A stretch of DNA of 64,000 nt from Alphaproteobacteria bacterium (GCA_044375675.1 JBILMD010000001.1:126396-190395), one strand, 5' to 3'; counted from the first letter of the stretch, positions 29,769 through 38,332 are shown. The notes: a model not told the origin generated them from the sequence alone. Numbers and translations: made by a program.

Positions 29769-30443
29769 ATGACATCCGTTTTTTTTCCTCACTTGCGTGC
29801 CAGTGCCCCTTGGTGGGATTCCTATGTAACCATGCAACAGACGTGGAACGATTTAACACGCCAGGCTTTTTCTATGGTCCCCTCCCCTTTGGGATGGACA
29901 GATGAGGCCGATGTTTTTCGTGCCACACAACGGGCGGCAGAGCGCTTGCTCAGCGATGCCTTTAACACTACACAATCGTCCTTGCCTTGGATCCAAAAGG
30001 GACAGCTGATGCCCTCGCTTGACATCACAGAAACAGACAAAGCCTTTGCTTTGCGTGTAGAGCTGCCTGGCATTGCCACAGATGATGTGGATGTGTCCAC
30101 AAAGAATGGATCCCTGATTGTGCGGGGGGAAAAGAAAGCCGAGCAAACACAGGACAACGCATCCTGTCTGCGCCGCGAATGCACCTATGGGTCTTTTGAG
30201 CGCGTTGTGGCCCTGCCCAAAGAGGCAGACCTGAACAAAGCCGAAGCCACCTTCAAAAACAACGTTCTCACCATCCAAATTCCCAAAACGACCAAGGCCG
30301 CAGAAACCGCTGTGAAAATCCCTGTACAGCAAGAAAAGGGGTCCCCTTCGACACCTGTGGGCATCAAAACCGAAGGCACACACAGCTTGGGCCAACACAC
30401 ACAGGGCGCGGGTCAGTCGGCCCCCGCCAAAAAGATCGCGTAA
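29769..30443 (+). CDS. Hsp20/alpha-crystallin small heat-shock protein. Start uncertain: 29769, 29832 and an internal Met are all possible.
   Basis: Alpha-crystallin domain PSLDITETDKAFALRVELPGI...GSLIVRGEKK...GSFERVVALP...ATFKNNVLTIQIPK. Confidence 0.8.
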   Translation: MTSVFFPHLRASAPWWDSYVTMQQTWNDLTRQAFSMVPSPLGWTDEADVFRATQRAAERLLSDAFNTTQSSLPWIQKGQLMPSLDITETDKAFALRVELPGIATDDVDVSTKNGSLIVRGEKKAEQTQDNASCLRRECTYGSFERVVALPKEADLNKAEATFKNNVLTIQIPKTTKAAETAVKIPVQQEKGSPSTPVGIKTEGTHSLGQHTQGAGQSAPAKKIA

Positions 30444-30474
30444 CGGTTAAGGCGTAACTGTTAAGGAGAGTACG

Positions 30475-30987
30475 ATGAATAAGCTCCACCAGGAAACGCG
30501 CGTTGTGGTCGCGGACGCTGTCCGCGCCCGCTTTTTCCGCGTATCCCCCCCCGAATTTCGTTTCGAAGAGTTCCATTCCGACATGGCCCAGCATGTTCCG
30601 CAGTCGGCGCACAGCACCCTGACCGAAGATTCTGAAGATCTGGTGTCGCTTCAGGGGCGGACAACATCGGCCTCGCGTGGGGATATGGGGCGCAGCCATG
30701 AATCGGCGTCCCCAACGCGGCATGTCATCGAATCGCGCAGCACGGACCAGGACTTGGACCGCACAGCCTTTGCCCAGCGGATCGTGAATCATTTGGAACA
30801 ACAGTTTCGCAATCATCGCTTTGATCGTCTGGTGCTGGTCATGCCCAGCCGCATGTTGGGGGAGGTCCGCCGGTATCTCCCAAAACCCCTGCAATCTATC
30901 CTGACCCACGAACTGGATCACGAATGGACCCCCCTGCCCACCAGCGATATCCAAGATCGCCTCAGGGACACCTTGGGCCACCTTTAA
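30475..30987 (+). CDS. Host-attachment-protein family (PF10116-like) protein
   Basis: N-terminal VVVADAVRARFF and C-terminal FDRLVLVMPSRMLGEVRRYLPKPLQ match my memory of this alphaproteobacterial family. A 250-aa ORF on the opposite strand is rejected. Confidence 0.6.
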   Translation: MNKLHQETRVVVADAVRARFFRVSPPEFRFEEFHSDMAQHVPQSAHSTLTEDSEDLVSLQGRTTSASRGDMGRSHESASPTRHVIESRSTDQDLDRTAFAQRIVNHLEQQFRNHRFDRLVLVMPSRMLGEVRRYLPKPLQSILTHELDHEWTPLPTSDIQDRLRDTLGHL

Positions 30988-30995
30988 AAAAACAG

Positions 30996-31073
30996 TTTTT
31001 TTTCCAAAAACACAAAAAAATGTGACAAATGGCACGGCACGGCACGGCACGGCACGGCACGGCATAATGGGGG
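30996..31073 (+). promoter_or_regulatory. Repeat cassette copy 2 with (GGCAC)6
   Basis: Same cassette as copy 1. The pentamer occupies 31031-31060. Confidence 0.5.
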
Positions 31074-31107
31074 CTCTTTCACAAAGTCCAACAAGGACTT
31101 TTTTCAC

Positions 31108-31362
31108 ATGGATCAAGAAGCAATTCTTGCCTTACTGCGAGAAAAAATCACCTCAACCCTAGAAAACATTCACAGGGATGGACGGGTGATTATTTTTTAC
31201 AGGACCCCAAAAATGGAGTGGTCAGCAAACACTGTATTTACCCAACGGTTTTTACAAAACCAAGCTCAGCTTATGGCCTCCCATATACGGGAAGGTCAGA
31301 CGCTGACCGTGGAATACTCTCACGAGGGTTTTTTTCCTGAGATCACACTTACGGTTTCCTGA
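31108..31362 (+). CDS. Small hypothetical protein (84 aa) downstream of cassette copy 2
   Basis: ORF starts 7 nt after the 5'-UTR hairpin AAAGTCC-aacaa-GGACTTT (31083-31101). Followed by a hairpin at 31371-31394. Confidence 0.35.
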   Translation: MDQEAILALLREKITSTLENIHRDGRVIIFYRTPKMEWSANTVFTQRFLQNQAQLMASHIREGQTLTVEYSHEGFFPEITLTVS

Positions 31363-31414
31363 ACAGCAAGGAGAGGTCTCCCACGGGACCTCTCCCCCGC
31401 CCATGCCTGTTTCC

Positions 31415-31693
31415 CTATGATTTCACAACAGGTGTAAAATCGGACCATTGTTCAATGCGAAAGGCCCGAATGTCCCGCACGGATTTTTGAAACCATTCCC
31501 GCGAGCGCAGCCCCTGAATAGCCATAAACAAAATCGCCATGTTTTCATTTTCTGTGACGTACAGACTGCCTTGAACACGGTGAAAGCCATGCTCGCCCAA
31601 AACGGCCCCAATTTCTGTATAGGCCTGCGATACCCCTTTGGGATGATATTTTTCCGCATCCGCAACAACCAAATCAAAGGCAACGGCGTACAT
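31415..31693 (-). CDS. vapD: VapD-family (Cas2-like) endoribonuclease
   Basis: MYAVAFDL...QGSLYV...WFQKSVRDIRAFRIEQWSDFT closely matches my memory of H. influenzae VapD (MYAIAFDL...QGSVYV...WFKKSVRDIRAFKV). Confidence 0.8.
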   Translation of the reverse strand: MYAVAFDLVVADAEKYHPKGVSQAYTEIGAVLGEHGFHRVQGSLYVTENENMAILFMAIQGLRSREWFQKSVRDIRAFRIEQWSDFTPVVKS

Positions 31694-31695
31694 GA

Positions 31696-31986
31696 CTAAG
31701 GTGCCTCTGGATCGTCATTCAAATGGGTCCAGCGGTATTCTGTTTTTTCCCCCGTTTCCACCACCGTGATTTCCACCATCCAATCATCATCCCCCCATGG
31801 GCGCACAACAGGACCCACCTGATACTTGGGACCAAACGGCCCAAAGCTTTTGATTTTACCCGTGGGCACAACAGGGACAGCATGGATCATGGGGGATAAA
31901 AACCTCTTGAAAACAGCATCATCATCCCACAACAGATGGGTTTTTGTCAAGGAATCCATCAACAGGGAACCCCCACCCCGCCCCAT
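31696..31986 (-). CDS. Hypothetical VapD partner (about 96 aa). Possible antitoxin or VapX analogue.
   Basis: Its stop lies 2 nt before the vapD start. Start taken at ATG 31986. The ORF-track N-terminal extension is just translation of the GGCAC repeat. Confidence 0.45.
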   Translation of the reverse strand: MGRGGGSLLMDSLTKTHLLWDDDAVFKRFLSPMIHAVPVVPTGKIKSFGPFGPKYQVGPVVRPWGDDDWMVEITVVETGEKTEYRWTHLNDDPEAP

Positions 31987-31996
31987 GACACAAAAA

Positions 31997-32078
31997 TTTT
32001 TTTCCCAAAACACAAAAAAATGTGACAAATGGCACGGCACGGCACGGCACGGCACGGCACGGCACGGCATAATGGGGG
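31997..32078 (+). promoter_or_regulatory. Repeat cassette copy 3 with (GGCAC)7
   Basis: Same cassette. The pentamer occupies 32031-32065. Lies in the divergent region between the vapD-partner gene and a small plus-strand ORF. Confidence 0.5.
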
Positions 32079-32112
32079 CTGTTTCATAAAGTCCCAAGGA
32101 CTTTTTCAGCCA

Positions 32113-32358
32113 ATGGCTACCTCAAAAGAGTACATCCTCGGTCAGCTTCAGACACTTTGTCCTGATGCCGGTCGGGGTCAGGAGTTCTCCCTTTATACAA
32201 CCATAGGACTAGGATCTTCCGGACCTCGAAGGGTTTCTTCCTGTCTGAGCTACCTGGCCTCTTGCGCCTATAATGACCAGAATCAAGCGGCGAGCTCAGA
32301 AGCCAAAGTTCGGGATATTAGACGTGAAGGAGATAACATACTCATAACAATTCTCTGA
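32113..32358 (+). CDS. Small hypothetical protein (81 aa) downstream of cassette copy 3
   Basis: ATG at 32113, preceded by the 5'-UTR hairpin AAAGTCC-caa-GGACTTT (32088-32104). Three hairpins follow the stop. Confidence 0.35.
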   Translation: MATSKEYILGQLQTLCPDAGRGQEFSLYTTIGLGSSGPRRVSSCLSYLASCAYNDQNQAASSEAKVRDIRREGDNILITIL

Positions 32359-32460
32359 TGATCGATGATCAAGAAGCAGGGCCCCAAAAAAGCCCTGCTT
32401 TCCGTATAGACCGACTCAGACCCAATCGGGAATCTGAGTCGGCAGGGGGATCATGTGACA

Positions 32461-32486
32461 GGGGGCCGTTGGCCCCCCTTTTTTTT
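32461..32486 (+). terminator. Intrinsic terminator GGGGGCC-GTT-GGCCCCC + T8
   Basis: Perfect 7-bp GC stem, 3-nt loop and a T8 run. Third of three consecutive hairpins after ORF 32113-32358. Confidence 0.55.
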
Positions 32487-32527
32487 CCCAAAACACAAAA
32501 AAATGTGACAAATGGCACGGCACGGGG
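32479..32527 (+). repeat. Repeat cassette copy 4: truncated, (GGCAC)2, no CATAAT. Fused to the GGGGCCTCTCC module.
   Basis: T8 + CCCAAAACACAAAAAAATGTGACAAATGGCACGGCACGGGGCCTCTCC. Confidence 0.6.
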
Positions 32528-32537
32528 CCTCTCCTTC

Positions 32538-32572
32538 CCTGTCACCTGTCACCCGTCACCTGTCACCTGTCC
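32538..32572 (+). repeat. Heptanucleotide array (CCTGTCA/CTGTCAC)x5, imperfect, abutting the rplY stop
   Basis: cctgtca cctgtca cccgtca cctgtca cctgtcc. One base different from the argB array unit CTGTTAC. Confidence 0.85.
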
Positions 32573-32576
32573 CCCC

Positions 32577-33176
32577 TCACTCCCCCGCTTCTTCCGCAGT
32601 GCCGCTCTTCGGTGCGACGATGGTGGCCAAGGTAAAGTCACGGTCAGTGATGGTCAACGTCACGCCCTCTGGCAGGGTCAGGATGCTGGATTTGATGGCA
32701 TCCCCGATTTTGGCATTCAGCAGATCAATTTCAAAGTGCGATGGGATTTTGCTGGCGTAACACAGAACCTCCACCGTGTGGCGCACGACGTTCAGGACAC
32801 CGCCGGCCTTTAGCCCGCGGCATTTGTCGGTGTTGGTTAAATGCAGGGGCACGGAAACCTTGATTTTGGTTTTGTCCGTCACGCGCATGAAATCCACGTG
32901 GATGGGTTGGTCTGTGACGCGGTTAAACTGAACGGCCTTGGGCAGGGCGCGGATGGGGCGGCCCTGATCGGGGGTCAATTCATACACAGTGGCGTAAAAG
33001 GATTCGTTGTGCAATCCGGCCATCAAATCCCGAATATCCAAAGAAAAGGTGACATTGTCATCCCCACCCCCATAAACAACACCCGGAACGCGGCCGGTGG
33101 TGCGCAAACGGTACATGGCATTTTTGCCCGTTTCGGTGCGGGTGGTGACGGGAATGGTGCGGGCGGTGGAACTCAT
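32577..33176 (-). CDS. rplY: 50S ribosomal protein L25 / general stress protein Ctc
   Basis: L25/Ctc N-domain ([11 protein letters not shown]...LHLTN) with a long C-terminal Ctc-type extension. Confidence 0.9.
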   Translation of the reverse strand: MSSTARTIPVTTRTETGKNAMYRLRTTGRVPGVVYGGGDDNVTFSLDIRDLMAGLHNESFYATVYELTPDQGRPIRALPKAVQFNRVTDQPIHVDFMRVTDKTKIKVSVPLHLTNTDKCRGLKAGGVLNVVRHTVEVLCYASKIPSHFEIDLLNAKIGDAIKSSILTLPEGVTLTITDRDFTLATIVAPKSGTAEEAGE

Positions 33177-34117
33177 GATTTAACTCCTTCAAATAAACTC
33201 GATACGGAACGGTCTTCTGCAATACGAACCATGGCCTCCGCCAGCAGCGGGGCCATGGTCAATTGACGAATTTTTTCAGCATGACGCACATCATCTGTGG
33301 CCACGATACTATCGGTTATCACCAAATTTTCAAGAGGAGATTCCATCACCCGTGCCACGGCACCCCCCGACAAAACCCCATGGGTGACATAGGCGGAAAC
33401 ACTCCGCGCCCCCTGATTCATAATGGCCACCGCCGCGTTGCACAGCGTGCCCGCCGAATCCACAATATCATCCACCATAATGCAATGGCGATCCCGAATA
33501 TCCCCGATGATGTTCATCACCTCAGACATACCGGCTTTTTCCCGCCGTTTGTCAATAATGGCCAAATCGCCGCCCAGACGCTTGGCAATGGCCCGCGCCC
33601 GCATCACACCGCCCACATCGGGGGAAACAATCACGGGGGACCGGTTTGCAAAGGTGCGCTGAATGTCCTCAACAAACACCGGTGCGCTGTACAAATTATC
33701 GGTGGGAATATCGAAAAACCCCTGAATCTGACCGGCATGCAAATCCAGCGTCAACACACGGCTGGCGCCCGCCACGGTGATCAGGTTGGCCACCAGCTTG
33801 GCGGAAATGGGGGTACGGGGGCCGGATTTGCGATCCTGACGGGCATAGCCAAAATACGGAATCACGGCCGTAATGCGCTGTGCCGATCCGCGGCGCAGCG
33901 CATCGATCATCACCAGCAATTCCATCAAATGATCATTGGCCGGATAGGATGTGGGCTGGATGACAAAAACGTCCTGACCGCGCACATTTTCATGAACCTC
34001 AACAAAAATTTCCATATCGGAAAAACGCTTCACCGAGGCCTGTGTCAAAGACACGCCCAGAATCGCGGAGATATTGTCCGCCAGCGGTCGATTCGCGTTG
34101 CAGGTTAAAATTTTCAT
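33173..34117 (-). CDS. prs: Ribose-phosphate pyrophosphokinase
   Basis: [21 protein letters not shown]...[14 protein letters not shown]...[12 protein letters not shown] verified at 34117. Confidence 0.95.
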   Translation of the reverse strand: MKILTCNANRPLADNISAILGVSLTQASVKRFSDMEIFVEVHENVRGQDVFVIQPTSYPANDHLMELLVMIDALRRGSAQRITAVIPYFGYARQDRKSGPRTPISAKLVANLITVAGASRVLTLDLHAGQIQGFFDIPTDNLYSAPVFVEDIQRTFANRSPVIVSPDVGGVMRARAIAKRLGGDLAIIDKRREKAGMSEVMNIIGDIRDRHCIMVDDIVDSAGTLCNAAVAIMNQGARSVSAYVTHGVLSGGAVARVMESPLENLVITDSIVATDDVRHAEKIRQLTMAPLLAEAMVRIAEDRSVSSLFEGVKS

Positions 34118-34194
34118 GAAGGAAACGTTAAGGCTTGCCAAAGGGCATCGTTTATACCAAATTATGCAGCAATGTAAATCCCTGATTTTAAACC

Positions 34195-34773
34195 ATGCGC
34201 TGTGTTTTTGTTGGTCTTGGCAATCCCACTGCCGCATATGCCCTGCACCGTCACAATGCGGGGATGATGGTGGTTGATGCCCTGCATGCCCTTTTGCGGG
34301 CCCCCGCGTGGCAGACCAAGCACCATAGCCTGATCAGCCGCACCGCCGACGGCCTGATGCTGGTCAAGCCCCAAACCTATATGAACCGGTCCGGTCTGGC
34401 CGCTTATGACGTGTTAACGTTTTACAAAAAAACCCCCGATCAACTGGTTGTCTTTCACGACGATTTGGATCTGCCGCTTGGGAAAATAAAAATCAAGGTG
34501 GGGGGCGGCCATGGGGGGCATAATGGCCTTAGAGATCTGGACCGCCTCCTTGGCCCCGATTATCTGCGGGTGCGCTTGGGCATCGGGCGCCCCGTGCATA
34601 AAACCCAGGTTCACGACTATGTGCTCAGTCCCTTTGCGCCGGATGAAATCCCCGCGCTTAAAACCATGATCCAAACGCTGGAAACCCACGTGGGGGATCT
34701 GCAACATCTGGCCCTCAGCCAGATTCAGGCGCGGCTGGGGGAAAAAAACGCACAGGTTATCCACACCCCCTAA
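34195..34773 (+). CDS. pth: Peptidyl-tRNA hydrolase
   Basis: VFVGLGNP...HNAGMMVVD...GGHNGLRDL. Confidence 0.9.
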   Translation: MRCVFVGLGNPTAAYALHRHNAGMMVVDALHALLRAPAWQTKHHSLISRTADGLMLVKPQTYMNRSGLAAYDVLTFYKKTPDQLVVFHDDLDLPLGKIKIKVGGGHGGHNGLRDLDRLLGPDYLRVRLGIGRPVHKTQVHDYVLSPFAPDEIPALKTMIQTLETHVGDLQHLALSQIQARLGEKNAQVIHTP

Positions 34774-34921
34774 AAAAAGCCAAAATCCCCAGAAACACCG
34801 CATAATCGCCAAGGCGTATATTTGTTTTTCTATAAAAAACAATGACTTAAAGATAGAAGAAAAAAATCCCACAAAAGCAAGGGTCGCTTTTCAAAGTCCT
34901 TTTTTCTCAAGACTCTTTTAA

Positions 34922-34942
34922 TTATCCACAGACTTATCCACA
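34922..34942 (+). promoter_or_regulatory. Two perfect tandem DnaA boxes (TTATCCACA) 12 nt apart, in an AT-rich convergent intergenic region
   Basis: TTATCCACAgacTTATCCACA read directly. Matches the DnaA-box consensus TTATNCACA. Confidence 0.45.
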
Positions 34943-34945
34943 GGC

Positions 34946-35725
34946 CTAAACGGGAACGACGGCGTTTAAACCAGAAGCGGGATAGCCCCAATAATAGCCC
35001 TGCTGCAAAAACAGACCTTTGGCACAAAAGGCCTGACACTGTGGCTTTGTTTCCACACCCTCGATGATCGGCATCGCGCCGTAATCATGGGCCAAATCCA
35101 GCAAATCTGAAAATTTACCCCTGTGATGGGGGCTTTTGTGCAGATCCATGGTCAGATGACGGCTGATTTTTAAATAATCCACAGAAAAATCAAAGCCTTT
35201 AAGACGGTCCTGCAAACAGGAAAACGGCACCTGATCCACATCATCCAAAGCCAGACGCACCCCCATGGACCGGATGTGCCGCAAACGATCACAGGCCTCT
35301 GGCGAGAGTGAAAAATTGCGCGTTTCCGTCACTTCGAGAATCAGGCGGGATAACCCATCGGGGCATGCTTTGGCCCCCTCATAAAACCGCAGAACCCAAC
35401 GGGGATCATCCAAGGAAAGGCACGAAACATTAAAACTGAGGTTTAAACAAGGATGTTCAGCCAGCGCCTTAAACACCATGGATAAACTCTCCGCATCCAT
35501 GGCGGCAATCGAGCCATCGGCTTCGGCCTTGTTGACAAAGGGGGTTGGGGGAAAAACCTCTCCATCATCCCCCACAAAACGCAGCAAAGACTCATAAAAC
35601 AAAATATGTGATGCCGAGGCATCCACAACTGGCTGATAATAAATATTTTTTTTGAACGTTAAAGCCATTTCTTCACAAACACCCTGATCCCATAATTCCC
35701 CGTTTTCCTGCAAATCCCAATTCAT
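34946..35725 (-). CDS. Stand-alone EAL-domain protein. Several motifs degenerate: ESL for EAL, DDVD for DDFG.
   Basis: YYQPVVD, ESLLRF, EVTE, DDVDQVP, IIEGVE, QGYYWG. Confidence 0.7.
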   Translation of the reverse strand: MNWDLQENGELWDQGVCEEMALTFKKNIYYQPVVDASASHILFYESLLRFVGDDGEVFPPTPFVNKAEADGSIAAMDAESLSMVFKALAEHPCLNLSFNVSCLSLDDPRWVLRFYEGAKACPDGLSRLILEVTETRNFSLSPEACDRLRHIRSMGVRLALDDVDQVPFSCLQDRLKGFDFSVDYLKISRHLTMDLHKSPHHRGKFSDLLDLAHDYGAMPIIEGVETKPQCQAFCAKGLFLQQGYYWGYPASGLNAVVPV

Positions 35726-35956
35726 TAAGCCCCCTTAAAAAAAATCCGGACCAGACAAAACCAACATATATTACAATAAAAAACAAAAAAATGCTAAAAT
35801 TTTTTTGTTTTGGGAAAATCAAACCAAAAGCGTATCTTAAATGCAACAGCATGACGCACTTTCACAAAAAATCGTAAAAAAGAGTGGCGTTAACCTTTTA
35901 TCAACCTTGATATAGTTAACATCACATCAACAAAAACGATAACCCAAGAGGACATT

Positions 35957-36703
35957 ATGCGTATTCTGCTAATCGAAGATGATGCCGACACCGCCCGCGC
36001 CATTAAAGAAATTCTGCGTCAAAACAACTATGTGGTTGACACCACGGGCTCTGGTGAAGAGGCCCTGGAAATCATTAAAATCTATCTGGACATGTATGAT
36101 CTGGTGATTTTGGATTTGATGCTGCCCGACATTCGGGGCTCAGAGGTCATTCGTCGCCTGCGTGCCGCCAAAATCAACGTTCCCGTTTTGGTGCTTTCTG
36201 GACTTAATGAAACAAGTGAGAAAGTGAATCTTTTGGGTTTTGGTGCCGATGATTACCTAACCAAACCTTACGAAAAAAATGAACTTTTGGCCCGTGTCGG
36301 CGCCATCATTCGTCGCGCCCATGGACATGCTCAGGAACTGATTCGTGTGGGCAAACGTCTTGTCATTGATCTTAAAAACAAAGTGGCTATGGTGGATGAA
36401 CAGCCCCTGCCTATCTCCAACAAAGAATACGCCATCTTGGAGCTTCTGGCCGTTCGTCAAGGCACAACGATCACCAAAGAAATGTTTTTGAACCACCTTT
36501 ACGGGGGCCTTGACGAGCCTGAACTGAAAATCGTGGACGTTTTTGTGTGCAAGCTGCGCAAAAAACTTACCCAAGCCACCAACGGAGAAAAATACATCGA
36601 AACCGTATGGGGACGTGGCTACGTCCTGCGCAATCCTGAAGCTTCACAAAAAGAAACAAAGGGAACAAAACAAGTTTTCAATGCACAACTGGAAACTGTT
36701 TAA
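35957..36703 (+). CDS. ctrA: Cell-cycle master response regulator CtrA (OmpR family)
   Basis: Near-colinear with my memory of Caulobacter CtrA (MRILLIEDD...LDLMLPD...TKEMFLNHLYGG(L/M)DEPELKI(V/I)DVF(V/I)CKLRKKL...YIETVWGRGYVLR). Confidence 0.93.
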   Translation: MRILLIEDDADTARAIKEILRQNNYVVDTTGSGEEALEIIKIYLDMYDLVILDLMLPDIRGSEVIRRLRAAKINVPVLVLSGLNETSEKVNLLGFGADDYLTKPYEKNELLARVGAIIRRAHGHAQELIRVGKRLVIDLKNKVAMVDEQPLPISNKEYAILELLAVRQGTTITKEMFLNHLYGGLDEPELKIVDVFVCKLRKKLTQATNGEKYIETVWGRGYVLRNPEASQKETKGTKQVFNAQLETV

Positions 36704-36924
36704 CCTTTTTCTTAACCGTTTCTGGGCCAGCGCTCCCCCTTCCTGTACATCCTCAAGGGGCACAAAAATAACAAAAAACGTCCCCATCATCCATGGGGGT
36801 GTACGGGACATGCTGGCCCAGTTTTTTAATTTTTTCTTTTCCAGGGGCCCCTTAACCTTTTTTTCAACTTTGGCCTTTACCATGAAACTTATATTTCACC
36901 CTATTTTTCTTTCTAGGAGGCTCC

Positions 36925-37257
36925 ATGACGATAGGCCAAAACGCCTACGAGGCACCCGAACTTGTTCCCGACAAATTTTCTCACAAAGACGCCTTTTTAT
37001 ACAAAGAGCTTTGCTATAAAACCAAAGCCTTTGCCGAACAACTCGCCGGATCCATGAATTTAATGGATGAAAAACGTGCGGATTATGTTTTATCCATTTT
37101 AGAAACCATGGTTTTTTACCCCAATGATGATGCTTTGGTGGATCGCGCCCTTTGCGATTTGTACCATTCCGGGGTGATGGAAGGCCGCGAACCCATCAAA
37201 CATATGCTCAGCACAGCCAAACACGAGGCCCGCGCCCGTCTGGCCGCTGGTTTTTAA
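36925..37257 (+). CDS. Hypothetical small protein (110 aa)
   Basis: Strong AGGAGG RBS 8 nt upstream. No recognisable motif. Confidence 0.4.
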   Translation: MTIGQNAYEAPELVPDKFSHKDAFLYKELCYKTKAFAEQLAGSMNLMDEKRADYVLSILETMVFYPNDDALVDRALCDLYHSGVMEGREPIKHMLSTAKHEARARLAAGF

Positions 37258-37292
37258 CGGGATTGCCCCAAGGCGTCACTCTGATAAAGACG

Positions 37293-37772
37293 TCACTGAT
37301 AGGAAATGCCGCCCAAATAATCCCCGCTCATGATCCGGCCCAACACCTTCATGACGGGGATGTTTTGACGCGCAGACTCCGGCGGTGTTCCCGATGTCCG
37401 ATTGCCCGACACCAGACGACCCACCATGACATTGTTTAACCCAATGGGCTGATTCACGGGCCCTGTAAACATTATGGTTTCTGGGGCCCGAATGACTTGA
37501 TAACAGGACCAGCCCCCCCGTCCCCAGCGCGAACAGAACAAATGATCCTCACTGACTGTCCACACACCCGATTCGGGCTTTTTCCCGACACGTTCATAAA
37601 ACGTGATGCCTCTGGGATCAAAATACTGGGTGCTCACCTCTTGATCGGCCCGCCATATCATGGAATACCCCGACAAAGCGGTGATAATGTCATCGCGGTT
37701 TAATCGGGTATCGGCCAGCGCCGCCGTCGATGCCCATAAAGATACTCCACAAAAAATAATCATCCGTTTCAT
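37293..37772 (-). CDS. Hypothetical secreted protein
   Basis: Signal peptide MKRMIIFCGVSLWASTAALA (ATG verified at 37772). Confidence 0.4.
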   Translation of the reverse strand: MKRMIIFCGVSLWASTAALADTRLNRDDIITALSGYSMIWRADQEVSTQYFDPRGITFYERVGKKPESGVWTVSEDHLFCSRWGRGGWSCYQVIRAPETIMFTGPVNQPIGLNNVMVGRLVSGNRTSGTPPESARQNIPVMKVLGRIMSGDYLGGISYQ

Positions 37773-37846
37773 AAAACCTTCACGTTTATGCCTTAGGCGT
37801 GATAACACTGTGTTACCACAAAAACCCTCAAAAAGAAATAACGCCT

Positions 37847-38332
37847 ATGCGCACAGGGATTTACGCGGGATCTTTTGATCCGGTCACCATGGGGCACGTT
37901 GATATTATGCGCCGCGCCAGCACCCTGGTGGATCGTTTAATTATCGGCGTTGCAGAACACAACAGCAAAGAGCGGTTTCTTTTTACATCCCAGCAGCGAT
38001 GCGATTTTATCAAAGACCACATTCATTTCCCCGCCGATGTTCAGGTGATTTCTGGACTGTTGGTTGATTTTGCCAAAGAAAACAAGGCCAATGTCCTGTT
38101 TCGCGGCCTGCGCGTGGTGGCCGATTTTGATTATGAACTGCAAATGGCCATGATGAATACGCGCTTGGCACCGGATATTGAGACGGTTTTTCTCATGGCC
38201 TCAGAAAAACATCAATTCATCGCCTCGCGTCTGGTTAAGGAAGTGGCCCGTCTGGGCGGAAATATTGACAGCTTTGTGCCCCCTGGGGTTGCCGAGGCCC
38301 TGAGAAAAGCCTACGCCAATCGCCCTGCGTAA
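37847..38332 (+). CDS. coaD: Phosphopantetheine adenylyltransferase
   Basis: GIYAGSFDPVTMGHVDIMRRA. H/TxGH nucleotidyltransferase motif. Confidence 0.9.
   Translation: MRTGIYAGSFDPVTMGHVDIMRRASTLVDRLIIGVAEHNSKERFLFTSQQRCDFIKDHIHFPADVQVISGLLVDFAKENKANVLFRGLRVVADFDYELQMAMMNTRLAPDIETVFLMASEKHQFIASRLVKEVARLGGNIDSFVPPGVAEALRKAYANRPA

Noticed and set aside
30364-31116. 250-aa minus-strand ORF that begins by translating the GGCAC repeat (…APIMPCRAVPCRAVP…)
   Set aside because: It is antisense to the well-supported host-attachment-family gene at 30475-30987. Its N-terminus is just the microsatellite read in a stop-free frame.
31987-32097. N-terminal extension of the vapD-partner ORF through the (GGCAC)7 array
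   Set aside because: The same PCRAVPCRAV translation appears for every copy of the repeat. The start at ATG 31986 is more plausible, although a phase-variable in-frame fusion cannot be strictly excluded.
27693-32523. Possible CRISPR array suggested by the GGCAC and heptamer repeats
   Set aside because: Units are 5-7 nt, directly tandem, with no spacers and no cas genes other than the Cas2-like VapD. These are microsatellites, not CRISPR.
34780-34945. Chromosomal origin (oriC) at the paired DnaA boxes
   Set aside because: Only two boxes were found. There is no adjacent dnaA, dnaN or hemE, and the region is a convergent 3'-3' intergenic region. A titration site or a chance remnant is more plausible.
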